This document shows, piece after piece, positions 40,545-55,349 of a stretch of 64,000 nt of DNA (within the stretch, counting starts at the first letter, position 1; the number at the start of each line of letters is the position of its first letter). Both the position numbers and the translations under genes were made by a program. The notes beneath the pieces are model-generated. The model made no database searches and was not told the DNA's origin. It saw only the letters and a program-made list of their open reading frames with translations. The DNA is from Zootoca vivipara (Eukaryota). Location of the stretch: positions 2,790,001 to 2,854,000 of the forward strand of contig NC_083276.1 of assembly GCF_963506605.1 (NCBI RefSeq), given 5' to 3'.

Positions 40545-40780
40545 ATCTGAACCAATGGCTTCAAGTTACAAGAAAGGAGATTCCGACTAAACATCAGGGA
40601 TAACTTTCTGACAGTAAGAGCTGTTTGAAAGTGGAACAGACTCCCTTGGGAGGTGGTGGACTCTCCTTCCTTGGAGGTTTTGAAGCAGAACTTGGGTGGC
40701 CATCTGTGATGGATGCTTCAGCTGAGATCCCTGCATTGCAGGGGGTTGGATGAGATGTTCCTAGGGTTCCTTCTATGACT
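40545..40780 (+). mobile_element. Older CR1 3' fragment
   Basis: CAATGGCTTCAAGTTACAAGAAAGGAGATTCCGACTAAAC...GGGGGTTGGA tail. Confidence 0.75.
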
Positions 40781-41517
40781 CAATGATATGTATGTTGGAA
40801 TATTCTAGAAGAAACTTGTAAAGGGCCTTGAACAAGTTGCTAGGCAAAAGAAAATGTCCTGAGCAACAGGTGACTTTATCATGCAATCAACATGAGTTCG
40901 CATTAGGTCTCTCGCTGGATGGCTAAAAGAGAAAAATATTATGTTGCTTTATTTGTTTTCTCTCTCTTTATTAATGACCAGTGTAAAGTTTTGTAAATAA
41001 TATCAAGACTCTGAGAAACAGAACCAAATGGTGTTTATTGCTGTAATGGGAATTTCCCTAAGAGATAGCTGGAATGCTGCTGCTGTGAAGAAATAAAAGA
41101 TGCAGGGAAACTTTTCTGTAAAAGCAACTCTGCTGCAGAAAGAAAATGAAACCCAAAAGTAGATGCTCATTCATTCAGCCTTCAGTGGCATGATTTAGAC
41201 AATAAAATCATTAAATAAAAGTTAAGTAGTTATCAATCTTATACGTATAAAAATGTAGGCATTGCGCATGCGGATGAAACAGCCTTTCTCTGTAACTGCT
41301 GAACCGTAATGTAACAAATTTATCCACAATGTTCCATGCCCATCAGGGAGGGATCTGGCATAACCCCCCCCCCCCAAAACCCCACACCTTTCAAACCTAA
41401 AATAATGATTAAACACAAAAAGTGGCGCCCAAATTAGACGTCACCACCAGAAGCTCTGAAAACTCCAGCAGCTGCGCTGCAGGATGACCACAAAATCCCA
41501 CAGCAACCAACTGAAAA

Positions 41518-41590
41518 CAATCTGAAGAAGTGTGCATGCACACGAAAGCTCATACCTATGACAAAATTAGTTGGTCTCTAAGGTGCTGGT
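41518..41590 (+). mobile_element. Penelope pLTR fragment with hammerhead core (weak stem I)
   Basis: CTGAAGAAGTGTGCATGCACACGAAAGCTCATAC...TTAGTTGGTCTCTAAGGTGCT. Confidence 0.75.
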
Positions 41591-41672
41591 AGATGCCTTG
41601 AGCACTGTGGGTCTATGGTCAAGTGGCATGCATGCTCAGGCGACCCTTTGGGAACTGAGGGGTACAAGGTTG

Positions 41673-44600
41673 TGTTATAAGAATTTTGAGGTCATATCTA
41701 TATATATATAATAATTGTTCATAAAACATGTACATGAATGTACAGGCACATGTCTGAAGCAGCACAGGAAGACAGGCCTTTCTGACACCATTTTGACTCT
41801 CTCTCTGACCAGGTGTTCCTCTGCAAGGAAGAAGTGGGGTGGGGGGAACCTTCTCATTGTCTCAGGAATTAAAGTGATAATCCCTGGCATCCTGATACCT
41901 GACTGCCAGACAAAAGGGTGTGATTAACTTGGCTGGGAAACAGGGAAATGTAAATATCTCTCAATTTTGTTGATTAGGTTTTGGGGGGCAGGGGGCAGGG
42001 TCCAGACTGCTCAGATTACTGCCACCAGACCTCCCCTTTCATGATGTACCTATGATGAATCTAGGGAGGGGGGTCTTGGGCTACACCCCTTCTGTGACAT
42101 ATGGATGATGCTTCTGGGGGGTGGGCTGAAACCAATTTCAAATTTCTTTTTAAGGGCAAGACATCTTTGTTTGGGGTTCCTTCCTTGTTCTCCTGTGTGA
42201 GAGGAAGGACCCTGTTGCAACAGTTAAAATAAAAGTGCCTTGCTTCGTACGTCCTGGTTTGGTCTCTGTTATTTGGTGGGCAGGAGACGCTTAAATTCGT
42301 CTGCTTGCCTGGATCCTTGAGCTCTCCCTGGGTCAAGATCCATTTCTCTGGGTTCATAGGAACCAGCTTAAATTTTACAACAATTTGGCGACCACTTCGG
42401 GGACCCAGTTTTGCCTTGAGCTCCGGGTTCACTGAGGAAGGGGAGCCCAGCGCGCCCTTGCCTCTTTTGCAGGGGGGTAAACCAACCTCAGGACCCGAGG
42501 CACTTGGTAGTAATTGAGAGTCCAAGCGGGACCCCCAGGACGAAGCAACGTTTAAAGGGACAAGGCTGTTTTTTTTTCAGGAACCAGTTGGAAGCTGGAG
42601 ACAACGGGATTCGACTGAAAGGATCGGTCGTGAGTATTAAAAGGGGACACCTTGGGTGAGCTAAGAACCACAGCAACTAAAAATCTATTTCTCCACTTGG
42701 ACTATCCTTTTCTACTCTCCTCTTTGGACCTTAGTTGCAGCAAGGCTGCCAGGCACAGTTACAAGGTAGAACTGAGGTCCAGGGCAACAGTCTTTACGTT
42801 AAACGCAGAGCTCAGAAAGACTGTCCCAGCTCCCTTCTGCCAAACTGAGCAGAAGTCTGAGCAAACTGTCGCTTTTCTACCAATCTGGGAATCTGGCTAT
42901 CCCAGCTCTGTTTCCTATTCCTCTGCTCTTAATCTTCGGGTGAAGACGCCCCCCTGCCATGGCGACCTTTGTTAGGTATGACCCATGACCAGAGATTGCA
43001 AGTGCGCCCGTTCCTTTCCTACTACTCTGTATCTCTGTATTCCTCAGTTCCGACCTGACATTGCGTAGGCAAGCGTTCAGTAGGATATGAGTCTAGTGTG
43101 TAAGAGGCAGGGAAGTTGCTGTGGAACCCTCAGGCAATTGATGACCAGTGGGAGGGTTCCAATAGGGTTTTAGCTGCACCAGGCCGCCTAGTAGTTAGTG
43201 CACGCGAACGGCAGGCAGGAACACCACTAGGACGTGGGGGTGAGTCATAGACTCGGGAAGTTAAGAGTGTCCAGGAACAGGGTCGGGGACCCGAACTGCA
43301 GTATAAAAAGGCTTAAGTAAAATGGGTGCAACCCACTCTAAGGAATTCCTTTCCCAGACTCCCAACCGAGGCAAAGCACAACTGAGGCTTGGCTCCGGTA
43401 AGGACTTTGAGGATGAAAGTCCACTCCAATTCGTTCTCTTAAATTGGCACGAAATCCCCGGGGCGGACAAGCTTGAAGGGAACCAATTGCAAAAACTTTG
43501 TAAGAAAAAAACACTGGGTCCGCTTTACTATGGACCACCCAGATGAGGGGAAATGGCTACCAGGAGGTTCCTTTAACATACAGTGAATCTCCGCTTTAAA
43601 ATTAACCCTGGTGAACTCTGAATGAGAAAAGTTTTGTGAGGAATCCTACAAAGTATGTTATGGTATAAAATTATATATGTTTGCATGTTACATGTTGTCT
43701 GTGTTGTCTGTGAAGTGTATGTGCGTCTGATCCTTGTGTCTGCTATAGTTCATTGTTCCCCTTAAAGTAAATGAGAGATATAATCCAGGTTTAGGAAATT
43801 AGGGGTTTGTGTTTAAAATTTGGCCATGACACCCACAGACTGCCTTTTTTAAAGCATGCATAGTTTAAAATAATATAATAATAAGGCAAGCTTGCTTAAA
43901 TAATCTTATGTAAGGGCTTGATCAACCCAAAAACAATGGCAAATATTTAAAAGAGTGGAGGTAGTGTGTAAAGGTTTGTTTTAAAGAGGCTGTAGAAGGC
44001 CATTTTTTCCTCTCCAAAAGTAAAAAGAGGGGGCAGGATGAAGGAAAATAAGAGTAGTAAGTTTGAAAATGCTTGCTCAATGCTTTGAAAATATTTTGAA
44101 ACTTGAAAATGTTCACTTCATGAGGTGTGCAAATGTTTGTTATTGAGAGAGGCTCTAAAAGGGAGTCTTCCTCCAAGTGACTAGAGGAATATTGACTAAA
44201 GGAAAATTGAACAGCTATTCCTATAAAGGTGAATTGTTTGTCAAAAGTAGAGCTTCCTTAGCCAGGAATTGTCTATCTGAGTCTAGTTTTAACTTCAATT
44301 GTGTTGGGCTCCTGATATCACCTCTTAAGGAAAAAAACTCATCTGCTAAAGGGTTCTATATAAAGTTGGTATTTTCATTCAAATCTTGTGAATCCTGTAT
44401 CTTAGAGGGTTAGACTAAATGACCTCAGGGTCCCTTCTAACCCCCATTTTAGAGCTATGTGAAAGGCAATGTGTCTGATGTGGTGATGGGTTGAAATTCA
44501 GCCCAGCTCTGCTTTCTGGCAAGGAAAGATTATTGGTTTTCAGAGTTGGAACAAGAGTGTAATTGTTGTTTTTGTGGAGTGATTATATAAGTTTTTATCA

Positions 44601-47600
44601 CTTTCTCTATTAAGGGGGTAAAGTTTAAGCACATATGAAAGTCTTGAACATTTCCCAATCTTTCTCTAGAGAGTAAAAGTGGGGTGTATGTGCATACCTA
44701 CCCCTTTCTGTACAGAAAGGGGGAGCGGGAAGGGAAAAGGGAGATTGTAACCTTGAAAATGTTTGTTTGTGAACTCATAATATTTAAGGTCTGTGTCACA
44801 AGGGAGCCATGTGCTCTGTATGTAATGTTTCACCATGTGACTATGGAATATGGTGTTCCTTCTAGGGAAATGTTATTAAAAGTAGAGGATCCATAGCCAG
44901 CAAATGTCTATCTGAGTCACTTTAACCTTGATTCAAATGGACAGAATGGTTTTAGTAAGGAAGTAAATTCCCTCTTAAACTGTTTATCCAATCTTAAGGT
45001 TTGCTAAAGGCTTCTATATAACGTTGGTACTTTTAATCTTCCCCTTCCTTATTTTTCCCTTAGTACACACATGTGCTTCCGTGATAGGGCATAGCCTGTG
45101 TTTCCTTCCCAGTCAGGCGTCTGTACTCAAATGTATGTGTATCCTAAGGGCAGTGATAGTGTTGAGATCCCCATATTTCAGAAGGGGTGGACTAGATTAC
45201 TCAAGATCCCTTCCAACCCTTTCCAAACTTGCAAAAAGGAGGGAGAGAAAATGTGTTTGTAAGCACTGAAAAGTGAGTTTCTGTGTAAAATCTAACCCTA
45301 TTTTAAAATCTACTCTTTCCCCTTCCCTTCCTTTATTCAGATGGTAATTTTGTCAAGAGGTGCAGCACTTTAAAAAATGGTACAATAGACTGCCGAATCA
45401 TGAACTCTGTACATGCACAGAGGCTATGTCAGCTTGAAGAGGAAAATAGAGGAGAAAAATGAGGTTTTAACTAAGGGGCGAAAAGGTTATAATCTGCTCA
45501 TGAAATATTATTCAAATTTCTTAATGTAAAGCTTTGAACCACTGAGGGAAAACAACCTCATGTGTGTTACTGGTCCATCAAGGTTAAGTGGTTGCCAAGT
45601 TCCAAAAATCTTAACATGCCAGATTCTTTCCACAGGTATAAATAGCAGAGTACTACTATAAGTCTGTCTCTTGAGTAGTTTATAAATTAATTAAGAGGTT
45701 CAAGGTTATGCTTTGCACATGAAACTTAAATTTAAATTTCCTTATGTAAAAATAAATAGATAAAGAACCATTGAGAACCATCAACTGTTTAGAAGCTGCC
45801 AATTCCAGTTCAACATGCAAAACTCTGTACATTTTAGGAACATTTCCTGACTGATTTTCACATGAAATAATTTTCCCTTTCCAGCAGAATACTGAGATTC
45901 AGGGTGTGGAGAAATTCTTTCAGAACCTTAATGCAAAATTATCTCCCAATGGGGGGGGGGGGGGACGCCACCTAAACAAGCCCCTCCACACTTGGAAATT
46001 CATAGAAAATTGCTGTCTACCAGTTGACAGACTATGCAAACAAAAGGCTCCATTTCTTTCCTAGCAGGTACTCAGGATGGATACTTATCTCCCATTTGCA
46101 TTTCACCCCGAAGCATTACCCTATGTTAATATAACCCTCCCTTTTCTAATGTAGCAATGATTGAGTGTTTTGCCAATTCTTTTCTTCCACAGCAAAAAAA
46201 AAAAAAAAAAAAAGTGAGGAGTGAGGAGATACAAACAGTAATTTCATTTCTCTTTGGCGCTTCTCTTTAGCTTATAAATAATCTGCTTCCATTTATTATA
46301 TCAGTTTTTCCATTATGTCTATGAAATTATTCTAACAATAACCAGGTAAAAATTGTTGTGTGAGTGGTAATCTAAATTTTATTTTGTTTTATTTTTGTAT
46401 CTTTTTTTTTTTTGTATTTCTACTTTTTCTTTCTGTACATACAAATGTAGCATCTAAGTCATTCTTTCCTGTAAATAATAATAATAATAATCCCTTTCAA
46501 ACAAGATACATGAACCTCAAAGAGAATTCAGAACCACATAAGGAAAATGTTAATAACTTATCGATTGTGTCCTAATTAACAAAATTTTTGTCCTTTGTTT
46601 CCTCCACAGCCAAACTAGGTGAAGTAAATTAAACTGACTGAGTAGACAATAACAGCAGTAATTAAATAACTATGATCTTATATTATTTGCAGCTCCCCAA
46701 GAAGAAATTTCTAGAATATTCTCCCCTTTCTTGACTATTTATCACTATTATTTTTTAACTAATTATATCTTCAGGCCCCAACCCCCTGCAGGCCTATTTT
46801 CAAAAGGATGTTTTACAGGAAACCAAATTGACATTTTATCTCTTTGATCACAACCTAAGAAGGAGGACCTAGAAAGCTATAACGTTTCAGCAAGGTTTAG
46901 AAGTGCTGTTATAGAAGTACTGTTAACTTCCTCCCAGTGACTCGAAGGCAGACAAGAAAACCCCCTTGTTGGAGATACATGCAAAAGCAGCAAGAATTAT
47001 CTCAAGTTCACCTGATTGCCTCAAGATATACAAATGGCGTATAATTAATAATTTGAAGGTTTTGTGCATTATGTGTTATATAGGAATACTGAAATGTGTC
47101 AAATGACTTTGGGACAAAGGGGGAAAGTGAATTGCAAGGACATTCTCTCTCCTTGACCTCAAGACTCTGTGCCCTAGGATTTAAAAGCAGCCGGAATTGT
47201 CTCAAGATCATGATGGCCTCAAGACATACAACTGATATATAATTATTAGGTCTTATGTTGCGTGATATTCGACAGAAACATTGAACTATGTCTGACAGTA
47301 TGTTATTTCCACAAGGAGGGGGAGGTGAACCAATTTTGTGTTTAATTGTTGGGTTTTTTTTAAAAAAAAAAAATGTATAGTGTCCCAATGTTTTTTTTTT
47401 TGTATTATTGCCATGCATTGTATGCCTTTTAAAGGATCAGGATATTGCATAGTTCAGTATTTAGATTAGATCAACTTATGACCACATTTTCTTGTCCCAC
47501 CTGGCACTCTGCAGTGTGCCAACCTTCTCTACACATTTTTTAAATTTGTTTTTACTCATTTTACCAAGAATAAGCTCCAAGATCCATGAAACACCAGATA

Positions 47601-48880
47601 AATGAAGGTATTTATGTCTTGATTTAACAGGAATGATCCCTTTTAGAGTTAAATTTGACTAATTTGGACATGTTTTATGGGGCTGTATAAATTTTAATTT
47701 GGCTTCAGTTCTAATTGGGCAAGTGTATCCAAGGTGCAAGTAGCTTTCTTCCTTTAAGAGCAACTGGGCAACTCCCTACAGTGCAAGGCCAGAGCCTATA
47801 ATAAAGGCCCATAGAAAGCCCAAGGCAAAGGCATCTCTCTCATGACATGTCCAAACCTGTGGCAGCTATGGTGAGTGCCAGGCGACATGGTCAATATGAA
47901 AGCCCTAAGGGGATTCACCAGGGATTGTTGCTGTTGTGCCACGTTGGAGGTGTGCAACCAGAGGAGAGCTAGCTTTTGACACCTGAGAACACACAAAAGG
48001 GTAAACAAGCAAACTGCACTTTCCAGTCAATATTGGTGGACCATCCTGTTAAGTGTAATACATAGACCATTTTTGAGAAATGCTTCTCCCAAAGTACTAA
48101 AACAACACATCTGGTTATTCTTTTGTGGGGCAACAATTTTTAAGAAAAATTATAGCCCCAAATGGGGAATTGTTATAAGAATTTTGAGGTCATATCTATA
48201 TATATATAATAATTGTTCATAAAACATGTACATGAATGTACAGGCACATGTCTGAAGCAGCACAGGAAGACAGGCCTTTCTGACACCATTTTGACTCTCT
48301 CTCTGACCAGGTGTTCCTCTGCAAGGAAGAAGTGGGGTGGGGGGAACCTTCTCATTGTCTCAGGAATTAAAGTGATAATCCCTGGCATCCTGATACCTGA
48401 CTGCCAGACAAAAGGGTGTGATTAACTTGGCTGGGAAACAGGGAAATGTAAATATCTCTCAATTTTGTTGATTAGGTTTTGGGGGGCAGGGGGCAGGGTC
48501 CAGACTGCTCAGATTACTGCCACCAGACCTCCCCTTTCATGATGTACCTATGATGAATCTAGGGAGGGGGGTCTTGGGCTACACCCCTTCTGTGACATAT
48601 GGATGATGCTTCTGGGGGGTGGGCTGAAACCAATTTCAAATTTCTTTTTAAGGGCAAGACATCTTTGTTTGGGGTTCCTTCCTTGTTCTCCTGTGTGAGA
48701 GGAAGGACCCTGTTGCAACAGTTAAAATAAAAGTGCCTTGCTTCGTACGTCCTGGTTTGGTCTCTGTTATTTGGTGGGCAGGAGACGCTTAAATTCGTCT
48801 GCTTGCCTGGATCCTTGAGCTCTCCCTGGGTCAAGATCCATTTCTCTGGGTTCATAGGAACCAGCTTAAATTTTACAACA
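41673..48880 (+). mobile_element. Non-autonomous ERV1 (gamma-like) provirus, 7208 bp
   Basis: LTRs 41673-42382 and 48171-48880 (TG...CA, 710 bp, identical by eye, AATAAA 42228). PBS TGGCGACCAC at 42386 (tRNA-Arg-like). Frameshifted Gag-MA remnant at 43322 (MGATHS...SPLQFVLLNW...KLCKK/HW...KWLPGGSF). Purine run before the 3' LTR. Imperfect TSD GTTG/ATTG. Confidence 0.92.
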
Positions 48881-49362
48881 ATTGAAAAAGGAAGGATGAA
48901 ATCATGCCAGCCCTTACGAGTCAAGAAACTTTGCCACACAAAATGGCAGTCCCATGTGGGGAATGTTATCTAGAGTGAAACTGCAAGTGGTTCCAACCTC
49001 TTTTGATGCAAAAACACCCACAACAAACCCCTTTAGATCATACAACAAATATGCTTTGTAAAATTGGCAGTAATTTATTTTTATATAAAGCACAAAAGCT
49101 TGGGAATTTGAGTGTGAGGTTGATTACAAGGTGACAACTCCCACCCCTGCCTGGAGAAAGCAGGACCTCTGAAACGTATACCCTGGGTCCAATCTGACAT
49201 TTTATAAACTTCTGGTGACTTGCTGAGGTGACATCCATGCTGCCTTGCAACTTGCTCTCCTGCTGAAGAAGCCAAGAGGAAGTGAGGACAAGGAGGGCGA
49301 GAGACACCATGCTTCTGAATTCCACTTGCTGGAAACTGCAGGAAGGTCCTATTAGCTTAAAG

Positions 49363-49984
49363 CAGTGGTTCCCAACAGGTGGTCCGGGGACCCCCAGGTG
49401 TCCGCGAGCTATGCCAGAGGGGTCCTCAAGATCCTATTAGAATAAAAAATATATTAAATATATTTCGTATGATAACGAGATTTTTTGTTTTGGCCGCTTC
49501 CTGCATGAGCAGAGTCTAGCGCAAAACTAGAATTAGATAGAGGCAGTAGTTCTGCTGTATGCCGCAAGGACTACAAGAAACTTGGAGATAAGGCAATGAA
49601 AAAGATCCTTCCATTTGCAACCACATATCGGTGTGAGCAAGCATTTTCTTCCATGTGTTTCATGAAAAACAAATACAGTATAGGAATAGGCTCGACATGC
49701 GGTCGGATTTCAGAGTGAAAGTTTCAAGTTTGAAACCTAATATTTCAGAAATAATGGACTCAAAGGACAGATTTAACTCATCTCATTAAGAACTGAAAAT
49801 TAAAACTAACTGTATACTGATGGAGTACTTTGTTGTAACTGTAAAAAACGTATAAATATAAAATATAAAAAGACTCTTAATTTGGCTCTCACTTTTTAAT
49901 TTTAGGATTAGGAATTAATGGGGGTCCTTGTCACAATAGCGGCTCGATGAGGGGTCCTCGAGAAAATTTTGTTGGGAACCCCTG
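49363..49984 (+). mobile_element. hAT (Charlie/Buster-like) deletion derivative with transposase C-terminal remnant
   Basis: TIR CAGTGGTTCCCAAC / GTTGGGAACCCCTG; TSD GCTTAAAG; KAMKKILPFATTYRCEQAFSSMCFMKNKY.RNRL (hAT dimerisation domain). Confidence 0.9.
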
Positions 49985-50458
49985 GCTTAAAGGATTCCCA
50001 TAGGAGTCTGGTTGGCCCCTGTGAGGACAGCAATGCTGCCACTAGCCTGAAGCAGCTGCAGGACTCCTATATGTTGTTATGAGAAGCAACCAGGTACAAA
50101 AAGAACAGTCGGGAAACGGAGGAGTCTCTGTAACTAAGACTCCTCTTCAGTTAGGCCCCTAACTCATACCATGGATACTGGTCATAAGATGCCAAGGCAG
50201 ATGACAAGGCCCCTTTTTGGGTGCTGGAATCCACCCCTGCCACCTCCTCCTTTCCCAAGCGCTATTTGCTATGACGATAGAACTATGCCAAATCATGAAC
50301 ATCACACATCAGAGTTTGAGAATCTGGGCCAACAAGTCCCTATTTTTTATTTTTCTGTACACAAAAGCATCTTATGTGCGGCGAGAGGGTCTCATCCGGC
50401 CGAAGCAGCTTCCATGTTTGCCATCCTCTTCAGGCCATCTCTGTGGGTGGACAGGTGT

Positions 50459-51970
<1,512 letters not shown>

Positions 51971-51986
51971 NNNNNNNNNNNNNNNN

Positions 51987-52288
51987 NNNNNNNNNNNNNN
52001 NNNNNNNNNNNNNNNNNNNNNNNNNNNNNNNNNNNNNNNNNNNNNNNNNNNNNNNNNNNNNNNNNNNNNNNNNNNNNNNNNNNNNNNNNNNNNNNNNNNN
52101 NNNNNNNNNNNNNNNNNNNNNNNNNNNNNNNNNNAGCCGAGGCGCGCCAGGTTGCCCAAGGAGGGGTGAACCGGCCCAGGTCGGAGACGGAGCAGGTCAA
52201 AACTCCCGTGCCGATCAGTAGTGGGACCGCGCCTGTGAATAGCCGCTGCAGCCTTACCTGGGCAACACAGCGAAACCCAGATTCTTTT
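51987..52288 (+). ncRNA. RN7SL: 7SL (SRP) RNA gene, copy 2; 5' half hidden by N-run
   Basis: 52135-52284 is the 3' half of 7SL, identical to copy 1, with helix-8 GNRA loop GAGA. Pol III terminator TTTT at 52285-52288. The 5' end is estimated inside Ns 51971-52134. Confidence 0.93.
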
Positions 52289-53679
52289 GCTGTTACAACT
52301 AATAATAATATTAATAATTGCGATTCAGAGAGAGACGCTACAGAAAGAGCAATAGCAAATGCATTTATTCCATCCAGGGAAATCACCGTCCAACCCTTCC
52401 CGAGGATGCCTTGGCCCCCAGGATAATCCCCAGCCGCTTGCAGGAATTCCTCAGCCCGCAGGAAAAGCCACTGGCCCCGTCGGCACGGAGATCTCGGGAT
52501 GCCGCGGGTGGCGGGGACTGCGGGGCGAGAAAGGGAGTTTGCACGGCGCTCTGCAAGCCCTTTCTGGCCCCGTTGAGCTGCATTTCTCCCAAGACCTCCA
52601 AGGACCCGAGAGCGCTGCGCGACCGCTCCCTCCTGGCCACAGCCAGGAAGTGCCGCTCGGGCCGCGCGCACTTCCCCGGCGCCGCCAGCAGGGGTCAGCG
52701 CAGCGCACCCGGACTGGCGCTCCGGCATAGGAAGGAAGGGGAGAAGGAAAATGCTTTTAGCATCTTTTAGTTGCAGAAACAGAGAAGCCCTTCTGTAACC
52801 GGAACGGACAGGGAGAATCGCTTTTGCTCTAGTCTCCTGGATGCCAATCTGCCAGGCGGACTTCGCATTCAGGATTATTATGCATTACTAGAGGAAAAGC
52901 CGACAAACATCGTTGTGGGTTGGTCTCTTTTTAATGAGCACAAGGTAGGAGCACAAGAGAGGCTGAAGAAAAGGATGCAGTTAAGAAACAGGGCTGGTAT
53001 GCACAAAGTATAAGTATAAGACATGGCTCTTGACAGCCCCTGAGGGACAGTTTGTCCAGCCTCCTTGCTGAGAGATCCAGGCTGGAGCCACACCTGTATT
53101 TAAGTCCCATCTAGTCTAGGTGGGCTCACTTTGTGTTTCTTACCTACCCTTCGCCATAAGGTCCCATCTCAGGTTACAGCAATCTTTGTGACATTAAAAT
53201 CAGTGTAAAATAAATTACTGTCAATAGAATATGATGGGGCCTAAAAACATGCATGTCAGGTGTCAAAGGGTTTTTAGGATGGAGGTTGGACTAGATGACC
53301 CTTGGGGTCCCTCCAACTCTACGGTTCTGTGATTCTATGAAGTCACTACGGGGAAATACGGCTTCGATCTTATCTGGGATTCCAGTAGAGGGCAATGCAG
53401 TTCAACAATCTATTATTGTCTCATACAGAGGGAAGCAGAAGTCAAGATACGGACATCAGCATTTGAGGCTGTAAGCAATATTTCAACTACAGTGGTACCT
53501 TGGTTTACAAACTTAATCCCTTCCAGGAGTCTGTTCTTAAACCAACGCTTTCTTAAACAGGGGGACTCAATTTACAAATGGAACACACTCAACATGTTCT
53601 GCTTCCAAGGCAAAGTTTACAAACCAAAACACCTACTTCCAGGTTTGCAGAGTTCTTAATCCAAGTTGTTCATAAACTA

Positions 53680-54205
53680 TAGCTTTTTTAGCCATCTCAC
53701 CCCCTTGCTTTTTCCTGTAAGAGCAATTGCAGTCGTCAACAGGTTTACCACACCTATCAGCCAATCCCCCATTCCCACCACCCTTCTGAGTAATACCCCT
53801 CCCCACCCTCTCACTATACAGTGGAACCTCAGGTTACAAATGCTTCATGTTACAAACTCCGCTAACCCAGAAATATTACCTCAGGTTAAGAACTTTGCTT
53901 CAGGATGAGAACAGAAATCGTGCTCTGGCGGCAGCAGGAGGCCCCATTAGCTAAAGTGGTGCTTCAGGCAGGTTAAGAACAGTTTCAGGTTAAGAACGGA
54001 CCTCCGGAACAAATTAAGTTCTTAACCAGAGGTACCACTGTATATAAGGGTCTGGTGACTTCTGTTTCAGGTTATCTGAAGAAGTGTGCATGCACACGAA
54101 AGCTCATACCAATGACAAACTTAGTTGGTCTCTAAGGTGCTACTGGAATGATTTTTTTTTATTTTGTTTCGACTACGGCAGACCAACACGGCTACCTACC
54201 GGTAA
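53680..54205 (+). mobile_element. Penelope 3' fragment with hammerhead (54072-54109), nested in a Tigger-like MITE
   Basis: Homologous to 1950-2249; TSD CATAAACTA (53671 / 54206). Confidence 0.8.
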
Positions 54206-54218
54206 CATAAACTAAGCT

Positions 54219-54763
54219 GCTGATGCAGCAGCTAAAAAAGCCAATGCAATTCTGGGCTGCATCAATAGGAGTGTAGCGTCTAGATCTAGAGAAGTAATAG
54301 TACCACTGTATTCTGCTCTGGTCAGACCTCACCTGGAGTACTGTGTCCAGTTCTGGGCACCACAGTTCAAGAAGGATACTGACAAGCTGGAACGTGTCCA
54401 GAAGAGGGCAACCAAAATGGTCAAAGGCCTGGAAACGATGCCTTATGAGGAACGGCTTAGGGAGCTGGGTATGTTTAGCCTGGAGAAGAGAAGGTTAAGG
54501 GGTGATATGATAGCCATGTTCAAATATATAAAAGGATGTCATATAGAGGAGGGTGAAAGGTTGTTTTCTGCTGCTCCAGAGAAGCGGACACGGAGCAATG
54601 GATTCAAGCTACAAGAAAGAAGATTCCACCTAAACATTAGGAAGAACTTCCTGACAGTAAGAGCTGTTCGACAGTGGAATTTGCTGCCAAGGAGTGTGGT
54701 GGAGTCTCCTCCTTTGGAGGTCTTTAAGCAGAGGCTTGACAGGCATATGTCAGGAATGCTTTG
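54219..54763 (+). mobile_element. CR1 LINE fragment lacking its 3' tail
   Basis: ORF 54417-54770, same CR1 subfamily as 3742-5172. Confidence 0.93.
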
Positions 54764-55349
54764 TTCTTAAACCAAGGTACCACTGTATAAGCAATGAACG
54801 GCTCATCTCTCAGCAATTAGTCAAGCATCCAGTATTGTGCCATTACTTCCAGAGGTTTCATCACCATTTGTGGGAAGCTGCGGACAGGGTACAGAACAAT
54901 AACTTGGCGGCGAAGTCTTCTGCTTTCCACAAGAGGCCCAAGCTTCATGCCTCCCACCTGTTATTAAATCATAAGAGCCTTGTGGCTGGATCAAGCCAAT
55001 GGCTCACCTGGCCCAACAAACCTCTTCTCACTGTGGCCAACCCATAAGAGCCCTCTTGCCTCCTGCCATTTATGCTAGGGGGGAGCAGAACCGAGCTATC
55101 TGCTCGGTCAGTTAGTGAAGTAATTTTAATTATTTACTTGAAAGGGAGGCAGCTGCCCCCTGACCCCCCCCCCCTTGGCAACGCCCATGTGACTTTCAGA
55201 TTTAGGTATCCAAGACAAAATTGGATTGAAGAGTTGGACGCTATACCATCATCTACAGCTAGAGGGCGATAGCTGGCTGTTACAGCTTGCGCGGAAGAGA
55301 CGGCAGAAGACCATAGAGTTGCTTTCTAGTACCCTTTCTCCATCTCTAT

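Larger units (their letters stand above)
53490..54785. mobile_element. Tigger/mariner-like MITE hosting PLE, a second MITE (53819-54040) and CR1
   Basis: TA-CAGTGGTACCTTGGTTTA ... AAACCAAGGTACCACTG-TA; inner TA-CAGTGGAACCTC...GAGGTACCACTG-TA. Confidence 0.85.
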
